A stretch of 64,000 nucleotides of DNA. Source: Escherichia coli. Lineage in GTDB: Bacteria > Pseudomonadota > Gammaproteobacteria > Enterobacterales > Enterobacteriaceae. Positions within the stretch are counted from its first letter, which is position 1. The number at the start of each line of letters is the position of its first letter. Shown in pieces: positions 22,846-33,816 of the stretch. The notes beneath the pieces are model-generated. The model searched no databases. It saw nothing but the letters and a program-made list of their open reading frames with translations, and had not been told where the DNA came from. The position numbers were made by a program, and so were the translations under genes. The stretch lies in assembly GCF_003018255.1 (NCBI RefSeq), contig NZ_CP027440.1. One strand, written 5' to 3'.

Positions 22846-24004
22846 AGTGAAATTAGCCGTACCGACATCCGGTGGCTTTTCCGGGCTGAAATCACTGAAT
22901 TTGCAGGTCTTCGTGATGATTGCAGCTATCATCGCAATCATGCTGTTCTTTACCTGGACCACCGATGGTGCCTACTTAAGCGCCCGTAACGTCTCCAACC
23001 TGTTACGCCAAACCGCGATTACCGGCATCCTCGCGGTAGGAATGGTGTTCGTCATAATTTCTGCTGAAATCGACCTTTCCGTCGGCTCAATGATGGGGCT
23101 GTTAGGTGGCGTCGCGGCGATTTGTGACGTCTGGCTAGGCTGGCCTTTGCCACTTACCATCATTGTAACGCTGGTTCTGGGATTGCTTCTCGGTGCCTGG
23201 AACGGATGGTGGGTCGCGTACCGCAAAGTCCCTTCATTTATTGTCACCCTCGCGGGCATGTTGGCATTTCGCGGCATACTCATTGGCATCACCAACGGCA
23301 CGACCGTATCCCCCACCAGCGCCGCGATGTCACAAATTGGGCAAAGCTATCTACCTGCCAGCACTGGCTTCATCATTGGCGCGCTTGGCTTAATGGCTTT
23401 TGTTGGCTGGCAATGGCGCGGAAGAATGCGCCGTCAGGCTTTGGGTTTGCAATCTCCCGCCTCTACCGCAGTAGTTGGTCGCCAGGCTTTAACCGCTATC
23501 ATCGTATTAGGCGCAATCTGGCTGTTGAATGATTACCGTGGCGTTCCCACTCCTGTTCTGCTGCTGACGTTGCTGTTACTCGGCGGAATGTTTATGGCAA
23601 CGCGGACAGCATTTGGACGACGCATTTATGCCATCGGCGGCAATCTGGAAGCGGCACGTCTCTCCGGGATTAACGTTGAACGCACCAAACTTGCCGTGTT
23701 CGCGATTAACGGATTAATGGTAGCCATCGCCGGATTAATCCTCAGTTCTCGACTTGGCGCTGGTTCACCTTCTGCGGGGAATATCGCCGAGCTGGACGCA
23801 ATTGCAGCATGTGTGATTGGCGGCACCAGTCTGGCAGGCGGCGTCGGGAGCGTGGCTGGAGCGGTAATGGGGGCATTCATCATGGCTTCACTGGATAACG
23901 GCATGAGTATGATGGATGTACCGACCTTCTGGCAGTATATCGTTAAAGGTGCGATTCTGTTGCTGGCTGTATGGATGGACTCCGCAACCAAACGCCGTTC
24001 TTGA
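22823..24004 (+). CDS. xylH: D-xylose ABC transporter permease
   Basis: 393-aa polytopic membrane ORF overlapping the xylG 3' end by 23 bp. Confidence 0.95.
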
Positions 24005-24081
24005 TTTTGATAAAAATTTTCTCAAAGCCGGTAACGTATTACCGGTTTTGAGTTTTTGCATGATTCAGCAGGAAAAGAACC

Positions 24082-25260
24082 ATGTTTACTAAACGTCACC
24101 GCATCACATTACTGTTCAATGCCAATAAAGCCTATGACCGGCAGGTAGTAGAAGGCGTAGGGGAATATTTACAGGCGTCACAATCGGAATGGGATATTTT
24201 CATTGAAGAAGATTTCCGCGCCCGCATTGATAAAATCAAGGACTGGTTAGGAGATGGCGTCATTGCCGACTTCGACGACAAACAAATCGAGCAAGCGCTG
24301 GCTGATGTCGACGTCCCCATTGTTGGGGTTGGTGGCTCGTATCACCTTGCCGAAAGTTACCCACCCGTTCATTACATTGCCACCGATAACTATGCGCTGG
24401 TTGAAAGCGCATTTTTGCATTTAAAAGAGAAAGGCGTTAACCGCTTTGCTTTTTATGGTCTTCCGGAATCAAGCGGTAAACGTTGGGCCACTGAACGCGA
24501 ATATGCATTTCGTCAGCTTGTCGCCGAAGAAAAGTATCGCGGAGTGGTTTATCAGGGGTTAGAAACCGCGCCAGAGAACTGGCAACACGCGCAAAATCGG
24601 CTGGCAGACTGGCTACAAACGCTGCCACCGCAAACCGGGATTATTGCCGTTACTGACGCCCGGGCGCGGCATATTCTGCAAGTATGTGAACATCTACATA
24701 TTCCCGTACCGGAAAAATTATGCGTGATTGGCATCGATAACGAAGAACTGACCCGCTATCTGTCGCGTGTCGCCCTTTCTTCGGTCGCTCAGGGCGCGCG
24801 GCAAATGGGCTATCAGGCGGCAAAACTGTTGCATCGATTATTAGATAAAGAAGAAATGCCGCTACAGCGGATTTTGGTCCCGCCAGTTCGCGTCATTGAA
24901 CGGCGCTCAACAGATTACCGCTCGCTGACCGATCCCGCCGTTATTCAGGCCATGCATTACATTCGTAATCACGCCTGTAAAGGGATTAAAGTGGATCAGG
25001 TACTGGATGCGGTCGGGATCTCGCGCTCCAATCTTGAGAAGCGTTTTAAAGAAGAGGTGGGTGAAACCATCCATGCCATGATTCATGCCGAGAAGCTGGA
25101 GAAAGCGCGCAGTCTGCTGATTTCAACCACCTTGTCGATCAATGAGATATCGCAAATGTGCGGTTATCCATCGCTGCAATATTTCTACTCTGTTTTTAAA
25201 AAAGCATATGACACGACGCCAAAAGAGTATCGCGATGTAAATAGCGAGGTCATGTTGTAG
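24082..25260 (+). CDS. xylR: Xylose operon transcriptional activator XylR (AraC family)
   Basis: 392-aa ORF; periplasmic-binding-protein-like N domain plus C-terminal AraC HTH. Confidence 0.96.
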   Translation: MFTKRHRITLLFNANKAYDRQVVEGVGEYLQASQSEWDIFIEEDFRARIDKIKDWLGDGVIADFDDKQIEQALADVDVPIVGVGGSYHLAESYPPVHYIATDNYALVESAFLHLKEKGVNRFAFYGLPESSGKRWATEREYAFRQLVAEEKYRGVVYQGLETAPENWQHAQNRLADWLQTLPPQTGIIAVTDARARHILQVCEHLHIPVPEKLCVIGIDNEELTRYLSRVALSSVAQGARQMGYQAAKLLHRLLDKEEMPLQRILVPPVRVIERRSTDYRSLTDPAVIQAMHYIRNHACKGIKVDQVLDAVGISRSNLEKRFKEEVGETIHAMIHAEKLEKARSLLISTTLSINEISQMCGYPSLQYFYSVFKKAYDTTPKEYRDVNSEVML

Positions 25261-25323
25261 CGATGATGAGAATTGTCGGCGTCGCATCAGGTAACTCAGC
25301 ACAACCACCTGATGCAAGCAAAA

Positions 25324-25353
25324 GCCTTATCCGACTGACAAGTCGGATAAGGC
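25324..25353. terminator. Perfect palindrome GCCTTATCCGACT-GACA-AGTCGGATAAGGC between convergent xylR and bax
   Basis: 13-bp perfect inverted repeat, REP-like, bidirectional terminator candidate. Confidence 0.55.
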
Positions 25354-25367
25354 TCGAGGAAATGCAA

Positions 25368-26192
25368 TTACATATGCGCCGCGATTAACCGTTGGTTATC
25401 CTGGTACATTGCGAACAGGTAGTTGTTATAACTCTTCCCTTTAGTCGAGTAGCCCTTCAGCTTGTGAATCATCGCTGTGGCAGTCACTTCCTGATCCGCT
25501 TTACGCAGCTGTGCACGCGATTTACGGAACGAAGAGTAAGCCGGATGAGTATTCAGGTTAGTGACATAGGCGCTCACCGATTCTTTGACAGAACTAAACT
25601 GTGAGTACCCTTTCACTTTACCCGGCGCATTGGTACAACGTCCTTTCATGCATTTCATGCCGAACAGATTGTTGTTGTTGCGCGCCAGCTTTGACGTTCC
25701 CCAACCGCTTTCTGCTGCAGCCATCGTCGCCACCATACTGGTAGGGATAATGTCTACGCGTTCAAGCAAGGTATTCCACGGGATTTTTCGCGTATTACCA
25801 GACCACTTCACCTTGTAGCGTTTGGCGATGTCTTTCAGACGCGCACGCTCAGCAGGTGACCATTGGCCCTGATACTGTTTTGAAATCAGCCAGTTACGTT
25901 CCGCAGTAATGGCCGCATTTTGGCTGGTAATGTAAGGCATTACAGTCCGGAGAAACGCCTTTTTCCTTGGTGTTCCGGAAGGGTATTTTCGCAAATCAGG
26001 AAGTGAACTACTCTTTGCACTATTGCGAGAATACTCTTGTTTACTGCTTACCTGTTTATTACTAGCTTTAGTTAAGTGGGACTTTTGACTCGCTGTTGTT
26101 GTGTGCGTCTTCGCTAACACCTCACTCGAAAACACCAGAGTGAGTAACATAAGAATCATCGCCCCATATCGTCGTATGGGAGTCAAAATCAT
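25368..26192 (-). CDS. bax: Bax protein (putative glucosaminidase-domain protein)
   Basis: 274-aa ORF with N-terminal signal sequence; conserved location. Confidence 0.88.
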   Translation of the reverse strand: MILTPIRRYGAMILMLLTLVFSSEVLAKTHTTTASQKSHLTKASNKQVSSKQEYSRNSAKSSSLPDLRKYPSGTPRKKAFLRTVMPYITSQNAAITAERNWLISKQYQGQWSPAERARLKDIAKRYKVKWSGNTRKIPWNTLLERVDIIPTSMVATMAAAESGWGTSKLARNNNNLFGMKCMKGRCTNAPGKVKGYSQFSSVKESVSAYVTNLNTHPAYSSFRKSRAQLRKADQEVTATAMIHKLKGYSTKGKSYNNYLFAMYQDNQRLIAAHM

Positions 26193-26420
26193 CAGGTCTC
26201 CTGGTCGGATTTAATCATTCCAACACCTTATATTTTTCACAAATTTGAGAGTTGGATCTCAAATCATATCAAAAATAGCTGTCAAGAGCACCCCAAGGAA
26301 TAGTCCAAATCTGAAACTATGTCACGAGTTAACGATTCAGATTGGCGCTAAATCGCAGAAAATGTGGGGTTTATCGCAAAATTCAGCCGTTTTTTGTGCG
26401 CGATCGCTCACCCTTGCTTC

Positions 26421-26500
26421 TCATCCTGTGGACTTACCGCTCAGGGATGAGTTTTGTCTGGCTTATCGCTGGCAAACTGTCTGAAATCGCAGCAATAAGG
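26421..26500. promoter_or_regulatory. malS promoter region with MalT-box-like GGATGA motifs
   Basis: GGGATGAG at 26444-26451 and inverted copies (TCATCC at 26421-26426, ACTCATCC at 26491-26498) just upstream of the malS ATG. Confidence 0.5.
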
Positions 26501-26511
26501 ACTCATCCGCC

Positions 26512-28539
26512 ATGAAACTCGCCGCCTGTTTTCTGACACTCCTTCCTGGCTTCGCCGTTGCCGCCAGCTGGACTTCTCCGGGGTTTCCCACCTTTAGCGA
26601 ACAGGGGACGGGAACATTTGTCAGCCACGCGCAGTTGCCCAAAGGTACGCGTCCACTAACGCTAAATTTTGACCAACAGTGCTGGCAGCCTGCGGATGCG
26701 ATAAAACTCAATCAGATGCTTTCCCTGCAACCTTGTAGCAACACGCCGCCTCAATGGCGATTGTTCAGGGACGGCGAATATACGCTGCAACTAGACACCC
26801 GCTCCGGTACACCAACATTGATGATTTCCATCCAGAACGCCGTCGAACCGGTAGCAAGCCTGGTCCGTGAATGCCCGAAATGGGATGGATTACCGCTCAC
26901 ACTGGATGTCAGCGCCACTTTTCCGGAGGGAGCCGCCGTCCGGGATTATTACAGCCAGCAAATTGCGATAGTGAAGAACGGTCAAATAACGTTACAACCC
27001 GCTGCCACCAGCAACGGTTTACTCCTGCTGGAACGGGCAGAAACTGACGCCCCTGCCCCTTTCGACTGGCATAACGCCACGGTTTACTTTGTGCTGACAG
27101 ATCGTTTCGAAAACGGCGATCCCAGTAATGACCAGAGTTACGGACGTCATAAAGACGGTATGGCAGAAATTGGCACTTTTCACGGCGGCGATTTACGCGG
27201 CCTGACCAACAAACTGGATTACCTCCAGCAGCTGGGCGTCAATGCTTTATGGATAAGTGCCCCATTTGAGCAAATTCACGGCTGGGTCGGCGGCGGTACA
27301 AAAGGCGATTTCCCGCATTATGCCTACCACGGTTATTACACACAGGACTGGACGAATCTTGATGCCAATATGGGCAGTGAAGCCGATCTACGGACACTGG
27401 TTGATAGCGCGCATCAGCGCGGTATTCGTATTCTCTTTGATGTCGTGATGAACCACACCGGCTATGCCACACTGGCGGATATGCAGGAGTATCAGTTTGG
27501 CGCGTTATATCTTTCTGGTGACGAAGTGAAAAAAACGTTGGGTGAACGCTGGAGCGACTGGAAACCTGCCGCCGGGCAAACCTGGCATAGCTTTAACGAT
27601 TACATTAATTTCAGCGACAAAACAGGCTGGGATAAATGGTGGGGAAAAAACTGGATCAGAACCGATATCGGCGATTACGACAATCCTGGATTTGACGATC
27701 TCACTATGTCGCTGGCCTTTTTGCCGGATATCAAAACCGAATCAACGACCGCTTCTGGTCTGCCGGTGTTCTATAAAAACAAAACGGATACCCACGCTAA
27801 AGTCATCGACGGCTTTACCCCTCGCGATTACTTAACCCACTGGTTAAGTCAGTGGGTTCGCGACTATGGGATTGATGGTTTTCGGGTCGACACCGCCAAA
27901 CATGTTGAGTTGCCCGCCTGGCAGCAACTGAAAACCGAAGCCAGCGCCGCGCTTGTCGAATGGAAAAAAGCGAATCCCGATAAAGCGTTAGATGACAAAC
28001 CGTTCTGGATGACCGGTGAAGCCTGGGGCCACGGCGTGATGCAAAGTGACTACTATCGCCACGGCTTCGATGCGATGATCAATTTCGATTATCAGGAGCA
28101 GGCGGCTAAAGCAGTCGATTGTCTGGCGCAGATGGATACGACCTGGCAGCAAATGGCGGAGAAATTGCAGGATTTCAACGTGTTGAGCTACCTCTCGTCG
28201 CATGATACCCGCCTGTTCCGTGAAGGGGGCGACAAAGCAGCAGAGTTATTATTAGCGCCAGGCGCGGTACAAATCTTTTATGGTGATGAATCCTCGCGTC
28301 CGTTCGGCCCCACCGGTTCGGATCCACTGCAAGGCACGCGTTCGGATATGAACTGGCAGGATGTTAGCGGCAAATCTGCCGCCAGCGTCGCGCACTGGCA
28401 GAAAATCAGCCAGTTCCGCGCCCGCCATCCCGCAATTGGCGCGGGCAAACAAACGACACTTTCGCTGAAGCAGGGCTACGGCTTTGTTCGTGAGCATGGC
28501 GACGATAAAGTGCTGGTCATCTGGGCTGGGCAACAGTAA
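26512..28539 (+). CDS. malS: Periplasmic alpha-amylase
   Basis: 675-aa ORF with signal peptide MKLAACFLTLLPGFAVAAS; GH13 motifs (DVVMNH, GFRVDTAKH). Confidence 0.96.
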   Translation: MKLAACFLTLLPGFAVAASWTSPGFPTFSEQGTGTFVSHAQLPKGTRPLTLNFDQQCWQPADAIKLNQMLSLQPCSNTPPQWRLFRDGEYTLQLDTRSGTPTLMISIQNAVEPVASLVRECPKWDGLPLTLDVSATFPEGAAVRDYYSQQIAIVKNGQITLQPAATSNGLLLLERAETDAPAPFDWHNATVYFVLTDRFENGDPSNDQSYGRHKDGMAEIGTFHGGDLRGLTNKLDYLQQLGVNALWISAPFEQIHGWVGGGTKGDFPHYAYHGYYTQDWTNLDANMGSEADLRTLVDSAHQRGIRILFDVVMNHTGYATLADMQEYQFGALYLSGDEVKKTLGERWSDWKPAAGQTWHSFNDYINFSDKTGWDKWWGKNWIRTDIGDYDNPGFDDLTMSLAFLPDIKTESTTASGLPVFYKNKTDTHAKVIDGFTPRDYLTHWLSQWVRDYGIDGFRVDTAKHVELPAWQQLKTEASAALVEWKKANPDKALDDKPFWMTGEAWGHGVMQSDYYRHGFDAMINFDYQEQAAKAVDCLAQMDTTWQQMAEKLQDFNVLSYLSSHDTRLFREGGDKAAELLLAPGAVQIFYGDESSRPFGPTGSDPLQGTRSDMNWQDVSGKSAASVAHWQKISQFRARHPAIGAGKQTTLSLKQGYGFVREHGDDKVLVIWAGQQ

Positions 28540-28716
28540 CTTTTCCGGCTTCCCGTTCGTCAGTACCTCGGGAAGCCGCCAACCAGGATAAAATGTCAGA
28601 CCTAATCAGCGTTGCAGGATAAAGCACCGCTCCCTCTTCAACAGAGCGATTTGCACCCCAGCAAATGTAGCGTTATTGTTACCTTCCTTGCTACAGAGTT
28701 CGACAGATATCCCGCT

Positions 28717-29970
28717 ATGACATTCTCCCTTTTTGGTGACAAATTTACCCGCCACTCCGGCATTACGCTGCTGATGGAAGATCTGAACGACGGTTTACGC
28801 ACGCCTGGCGCGATTATGCTCGGCGGCGGTAATCCAGCGCAGATCCCGGAAATGCAGGACTACTTCCAGACGCTACTGACCGACATGCTGGAAAGTGGCA
28901 AAGCGACTGATGCACTGTGCAATTACGACGGTCCACAGGGGAAAACGGAGCTACTCACACTGCTTGCCGGAATGCTACGCGAGAAGTTGGGTTGGGATAT
29001 CGAACCACAGAATATTGCACTAACAAACGGCAGCCAGAGCGCGTTTTTCTACTTATTTAATCTGTTCGCCGGACGCCGTGCCGATGGTCGGATCAAAAAA
29101 GTGCTGTTTCCGCTGGCACCGGAATACATTGGCTACGCTGACGCCGGACTGGAAGAAGATCTGTTTGTCTCTGCGCGTCCGAATATTGAGCTGCTGCCGG
29201 AAGGCCAGTTTAAATACCACGTCGATTTTGAGCATCTGCATATTGGCGAAGAAACCGGGATGATTTGCGTCTCCCGGCCGACGAACCCAACAGGCAATGT
29301 GATTACTGACGAAGAGTTGCTGAAGCTTGACGCGCTGGCGAATCAACACGGCATTCCGCTGGTGATTGATAACGCTTATGGCGTCCCGTTCCCGGGTATC
29401 ATCTTCAGCGAAGCGCGCCCGCTGTGGAATCCGAATATCGTACTGTGCATGAGTCTTTCCAAGCTGGGTCTACCAGGCTCCCGCTGCGGCATTATCATCG
29501 CCAATGAAAAAATCATCACCGCCATCACCAATATGAACGGCATTATCAGCCTGGCACCTGGCGGTATTGGTCCGGCGATGATGAGTGAAATGATTAAGCG
29601 TAACGATCTGCTGCGCCTGTCTGAAACAGTCATCAAACCGTTTTACTACCAGCGTGTTCAGGAAACTATCGCTATCATTCGCCGCTATTTACCGGAAGAT
29701 CGCTGCCTGATTCATAAACCGGAAGGAGCCATTTTCCTCTGGCTATGGTTTAAGGATTTGCCCATTACGACCGAGCAGCTCTACCAGCGCCTGAAAGCAC
29801 GGGGCGTGCTGATGGTGCCGGGGCACAACTTCTTCCCAGGGCTGGATAAACCGTGGCCACATACACATCAATGTATGCGCATGAACTACGTGCCGGAGCC
29901 GGAGAAAATTGAGGCGGGTGTGAAGATTCTGGCAGAAGAGATAGAAAGAGCCTGGGCTGAAAGTCACTAA
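28717..29970 (+). CDS. avtA: Valine--pyruvate aminotransferase
   Basis: ORF frame from 28612; start MTFSLFGDKFTRHSGITLLMEDL at 28717 (417 aa). Confidence 0.93.
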   Translation: MTFSLFGDKFTRHSGITLLMEDLNDGLRTPGAIMLGGGNPAQIPEMQDYFQTLLTDMLESGKATDALCNYDGPQGKTELLTLLAGMLREKLGWDIEPQNIALTNGSQSAFFYLFNLFAGRRADGRIKKVLFPLAPEYIGYADAGLEEDLFVSARPNIELLPEGQFKYHVDFEHLHIGEETGMICVSRPTNPTGNVITDEELLKLDALANQHGIPLVIDNAYGVPFPGIIFSEARPLWNPNIVLCMSLSKLGLPGSRCGIIIANEKIITAITNMNGIISLAPGGIGPAMMSEMIKRNDLLRLSETVIKPFYYQRVQETIAIIRRYLPEDRCLIHKPEGAIFLWLWFKDLPITTEQLYQRLKARGVLMVPGHNFFPGLDKPWPHTHQCMRMNYVPEPEKIEAGVKILAEEIERAWAESH

Positions 29971-29975
29971 AAATT

Positions 29976-30075
29976 GCCTGATGCGCTACGCTTATCAGGC
30001 CTACATGATTTCTGCAATATATTGAATTTGGTAGAATTTGTAGGCCGGATAAGGCGTTTTAGCCGCATCCGGCAT
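29976..30075. repeat. REP/BIME palindromic units between avtA and ysaA
   Basis: GCCTGATGCGCTACGCTTATCAGGCCTAC and GTAGGCCGGATAAGGCG...CGCATCCGGCA match REP consensus. Confidence 0.8.
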
Positions 30076-30121
30076 AAACAAAGCGCACTATCCCTGCGTT
30101 GAGAAACGCCGGAAAAACGTT

Positions 30122-30601
30122 TCAAACAGGCTGCTGCCGTAGCCGATGTCGCTGCACTTTCTCGACATCCATGCACTGCAACGCCTTTGTCGGGCAGGCT
30201 TCAACACAGGCCGGTCCCGTCGCCCGATGCCAGCACAGATCGCACTTAATCGCCCTCGCCTTTTTGCGCGAAGAAACGACCTCCATCGCACCAAACGGGC
30301 AAGCCAGCATACAGCTTTTACAGCCAATGCAACGTGATTGTTCAACGAAAATATGCCCATGTTCGCGGCTTATCGCGTCAACAGGGCAGACATTCGCGCA
30401 CGGTGCATCTTCACACTGATGGCAGGCTACAGCCGTGGTCCATGTGTGGTCTTTAATGACACGAATACGGGAAATAAACTCGTCTGGTGACAACGCAGCG
30501 CAATCCTGATTCTCCTGATGCGACACTGCGCAAGCCACTTCACAGGTACGGCAACCGATACATTTCGTCGCATCCGCAATAATAAACCGGTTCATGATCA
30601 C
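30122..30601 (-). CDS. ysaA: 4Fe-4S ferredoxin-type electron transport protein YsaA
   Basis: 159-aa ORF with several CxxCxxCxxxC(P) clusters; true start may be MNRF at 30595. Confidence 0.88.
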   Translation of the reverse strand: MIMNRFIIADATKCIGCRTCEVACAVSHQENQDCAALSPDEFISRIRVIKDHTWTTAVACHQCEDAPCANVCPVDAISREHGHIFVEQSRCIGCKSCMLACPFGAMEVVSSRKKARAIKCDLCWHRATGPACVEACPTKALQCMDVEKVQRHRLRQQPV

Positions 30602-30696
30602 TCCTTTGCACTAAAACAGCAGAGTGCCAGAGAGCGCGTCTCTACTGCTTTGATCCAACGAAGGAAATGTTAAAGTTTTGGCACTTGTCCAAAGCG

Positions 30697-31545
30697 TTAT
30701 GTGATCGCGCCCTGGTCGTCCCTGACAGTAAATCCCAGTTCATTAGAAATAGCCTGCGCGGTTTCACGCAGTGGTTTCAGGAGATTTTTCTCCCCCACCT
30801 GTTTCAGACGTGATGTCGAAAGCGAAATCGACACGGCGTACGGCACCCGCCCATGAATATCAAACACCGGAACAGCAATACAGGAGACGCCGAGTTCGTT
30901 TTCTTCTCTGTCCATCGCCGCTCCGCTTTCACGAATGTGCGCCAGTTCGTCGAACATCGCGGGCAGCTCGGTAATGGTATTGCGGGTTAACGGCTGGATC
31001 TCATGCTGATGGCTTTCCCAGTATGACTTCACGTAGTCCGGGTGGCCAAACGCCATGTAGATCTTGCCCATTGCGGAACAGTAGAGCGGCATATGCTGGC
31101 CAATATAGGCACGGGTTCGCAGCATCCCGGTTGTGGGTTCCAGCTTATAAATCAAAATAGCGTGATCGTCTTCGCGGCTGGAGAAGTTAATAGTTTCACC
31201 AGTGGCGATGTTCAGTGCCTCAAGATGCGGAGCGGCGATATGAATGATATTCAGCGAAGACAGCGCCTTCTGCCCGACGGCAATAAATTTGGTGGTCAGG
31301 CGATAACTCCCTGCGGCGGGCGCGGTGGTCACATAGCCGCAGGATTGTAATCCCTGCAATAAGCGATGGACGGTACTCTTATTTAAACCAGCCAGCTCCG
31401 AAAGATGCGCCAACGGACAACCGTTTGGATAGTTGCTCAAAATCTCAATCAGCATCAACCCGCGAAACAGACTCTGGCTTCCGGCTGGACGCTCTTTTTC
31501 CTGCGCCATCTCGTTCTCTTTTTTTCCCATCACTTCTTTCCCCAT
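30697..31545 (-). CDS. yiaJ: IclR-family transcriptional repressor YiaJ
   Basis: 282-aa ORF; N-terminal HTH; divergent from yiaK. Confidence 0.92.
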   Translation of the reverse strand: MGKEVMGKKENEMAQEKERPAGSQSLFRGLMLIEILSNYPNGCPLAHLSELAGLNKSTVHRLLQGLQSCGYVTTAPAAGSYRLTTKFIAVGQKALSSLNIIHIAAPHLEALNIATGETINFSSREDDHAILIYKLEPTTGMLRTRAYIGQHMPLYCSAMGKIYMAFGHPDYVKSYWESHQHEIQPLTRNTITELPAMFDELAHIRESGAAMDREENELGVSCIAVPVFDIHGRVPYAVSISLSTSRLKQVGEKNLLKPLRETAQAISNELGFTVRDDQGAIT

Positions 31546-31573
31546 TTTGTCGCGTCAAGATGGTAGCGCAAAG

Positions 31574-31589
31574 TGTGTCGTAGTTCACG
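31574..31589. promoter_or_regulatory. CRP-like site TGTGT-N6-TCACG in the yiaJ/yiaK divergent promoter region
   Basis: Close match to TGTGA-N6-TCACA; a direct repeat of AAAAGCGATC also lies further downstream. Confidence 0.5.
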
Positions 31590-31745
31590 ATCTCGACAGA
31601 TAATTTATAACCACTTGATTTTTAAGTTTTTTGAAATTCATCAATCAGATTGCTTTGTTAAAAAGCGATCGATATATTTGAAATCAGATTTCGCATATTG
31701 AAATTTTAAGCCAAAAAAGCGATCAAAAAAACAAGGAAGCCAGGG

Positions 31746-32744
31746 ATGAAAGTGACATTTGAGCAGTTAAAAGCAGCCTTTAATCGAGTCTTAATTTCAC
31801 GCGACGTTGACAGCGAAACGGCTGATGCCTGTGCCGAAATGTTCGCCCGCACCACCGAATCCGGCGTTTATTCTCACGGCGTCAACCGTTTCCCTCGTTT
31901 CATTCAACAACTGGAAAACGGAGATATCATTCCTGATGCCCAACCCAAACGTATAACCAGCCTCGGCGCAATTGAACAGTGGGACGCCCAGCGTTCGATC
32001 GGTAACCTGACAGCGAAAAAGATGATGGATCGCGCCATTGAACTGGCTGCCGATCACGGTATTGGTCTGGTGGCACTACGTAATGCCAACCACTGGATGC
32101 GCGGCGGCAGCTACGGCTGGCAGGCGGCGGAAAAAGGCTATATTGGCATTTGCTGGACCAACTCCATCGCCGTAATGCCGCCGTGGGGCGCAAAAGAGTG
32201 TCGCATCGGCACTAACCCGCTGATCGTCGCCATTCCTTCTACCCCAATCACCATGGTCGATATGTCGATGTCGATGTTCTCTTACGGCATGTTAGAAGTT
32301 AACCGTCTGGCAGGCCGTCAGCTCCCGGTCGATGGTGGCTTTGATGATGAGGGCAATTTGACCAAAGAACCTGGCGTTATCGAGAAGAATCGCCGCATTT
32401 TGCCGATGGGTTACTGGAAAGGTTCGGGCATGTCGATTGTGCTGGATATGATCGCCACTCTCCTTTCTGACGGCGCATCGGTTGCCGAAGTCACCCAGGA
32501 CAACAGCGACGAATACGGCATTTCACAAATTTTTATTGCCATTGAAGTAGATAAGCTTATCGACGGCCCCACCCGCGATGCCAAACTGCAACGCATCATG
32601 GATTACGTTACCACCGCTGAACGCGCTGACGAAAATCAGGCCATTCGCTTACCCGGCCACGAATTTACTACCCTGCTGGCCGAAAACCGCCGTAACGGTA
32701 TTACCGTTGATGACAGCGTGTGGGCAAAAATCCAAGCGTTATAA
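31746..32744 (+). CDS. yiaK: 2,3-diketo-L-gulonate reductase
   Basis: 332-aa [25 protein letters not shown]...; first gene of yiaK-sgbE operon. Confidence 0.93.
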   Translation: MKVTFEQLKAAFNRVLISRDVDSETADACAEMFARTTESGVYSHGVNRFPRFIQQLENGDIIPDAQPKRITSLGAIEQWDAQRSIGNLTAKKMMDRAIELAADHGIGLVALRNANHWMRGGSYGWQAAEKGYIGICWTNSIAVMPPWGAKECRIGTNPLIVAIPSTPITMVDMSMSMFSYGMLEVNRLAGRQLPVDGGFDDEGNLTKEPGVIEKNRRILPMGYWKGSGMSIVLDMIATLLSDGASVAEVTQDNSDEYGISQIFIAIEVDKLIDGPTRDAKLQRIMDYVTTAERADENQAIRLPGHEFTTLLAENRRNGITVDDSVWAKIQAL

Positions 32745-32752
32745 GGAGATAA

Positions 32753-33223
<471 letters not shown>

Positions 33224-33340
33224 TCGAATAATCGTCTACGCCAGAACGCCTGGGTAATGTTATTGCTCTAACTATATTAATAATTTAGGTTGCTGCACAT
33301 GCAACTTGAATTATGACAGACATAGCCTCAAGGAATAGCT

Positions 33341-33814
33341 ATGAAAAAAATACTTGAAGCAATACTGGCGATTAATCTCGCCGTACTTTCCTGTATTGTG
33401 TTTATAAACATTATTTTAAGATATGGTTTTCAGACAAGCATTTTATCTGTAGATGAATTGTCACGTTATTTATTTGTCTGGTTAACATTTATTGGCGCGA
33501 TTGTGGCTTTTATGGATAACGCCCACGTTCAGGTCACCTTTCTGGTGGAGAAACTCTCCCCCGCATGGCAGCGACGAGTCGCTCTGGTTACCCATTCCTT
33601 AATCTTATTTATTTGTGGCGCACTGGCCTGGGGCGCAACGCTAAAAACAATTCAGGACTGGAGCGATTATTCACCGATCCTCGGTTTGCCCATCGGCCTG
33701 ATGTATGCCGCTTGTCTGCCCACCAGCCTCGTTATCGCATTCTTTGAACTGCGTCATTTATATCAACTCATCACGCGTAGCAATTCTCTAACGTCGCCAC
33801 CGCAAGGAGCTTAA
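33341..33814 (+). CDS. yiaM: TRAP transporter small permease (2,3-diketo-L-gulonate)
   Basis: 157-aa ORF with 4 TM segments. Confidence 0.9.
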
Positions 33815-33816
33815 TC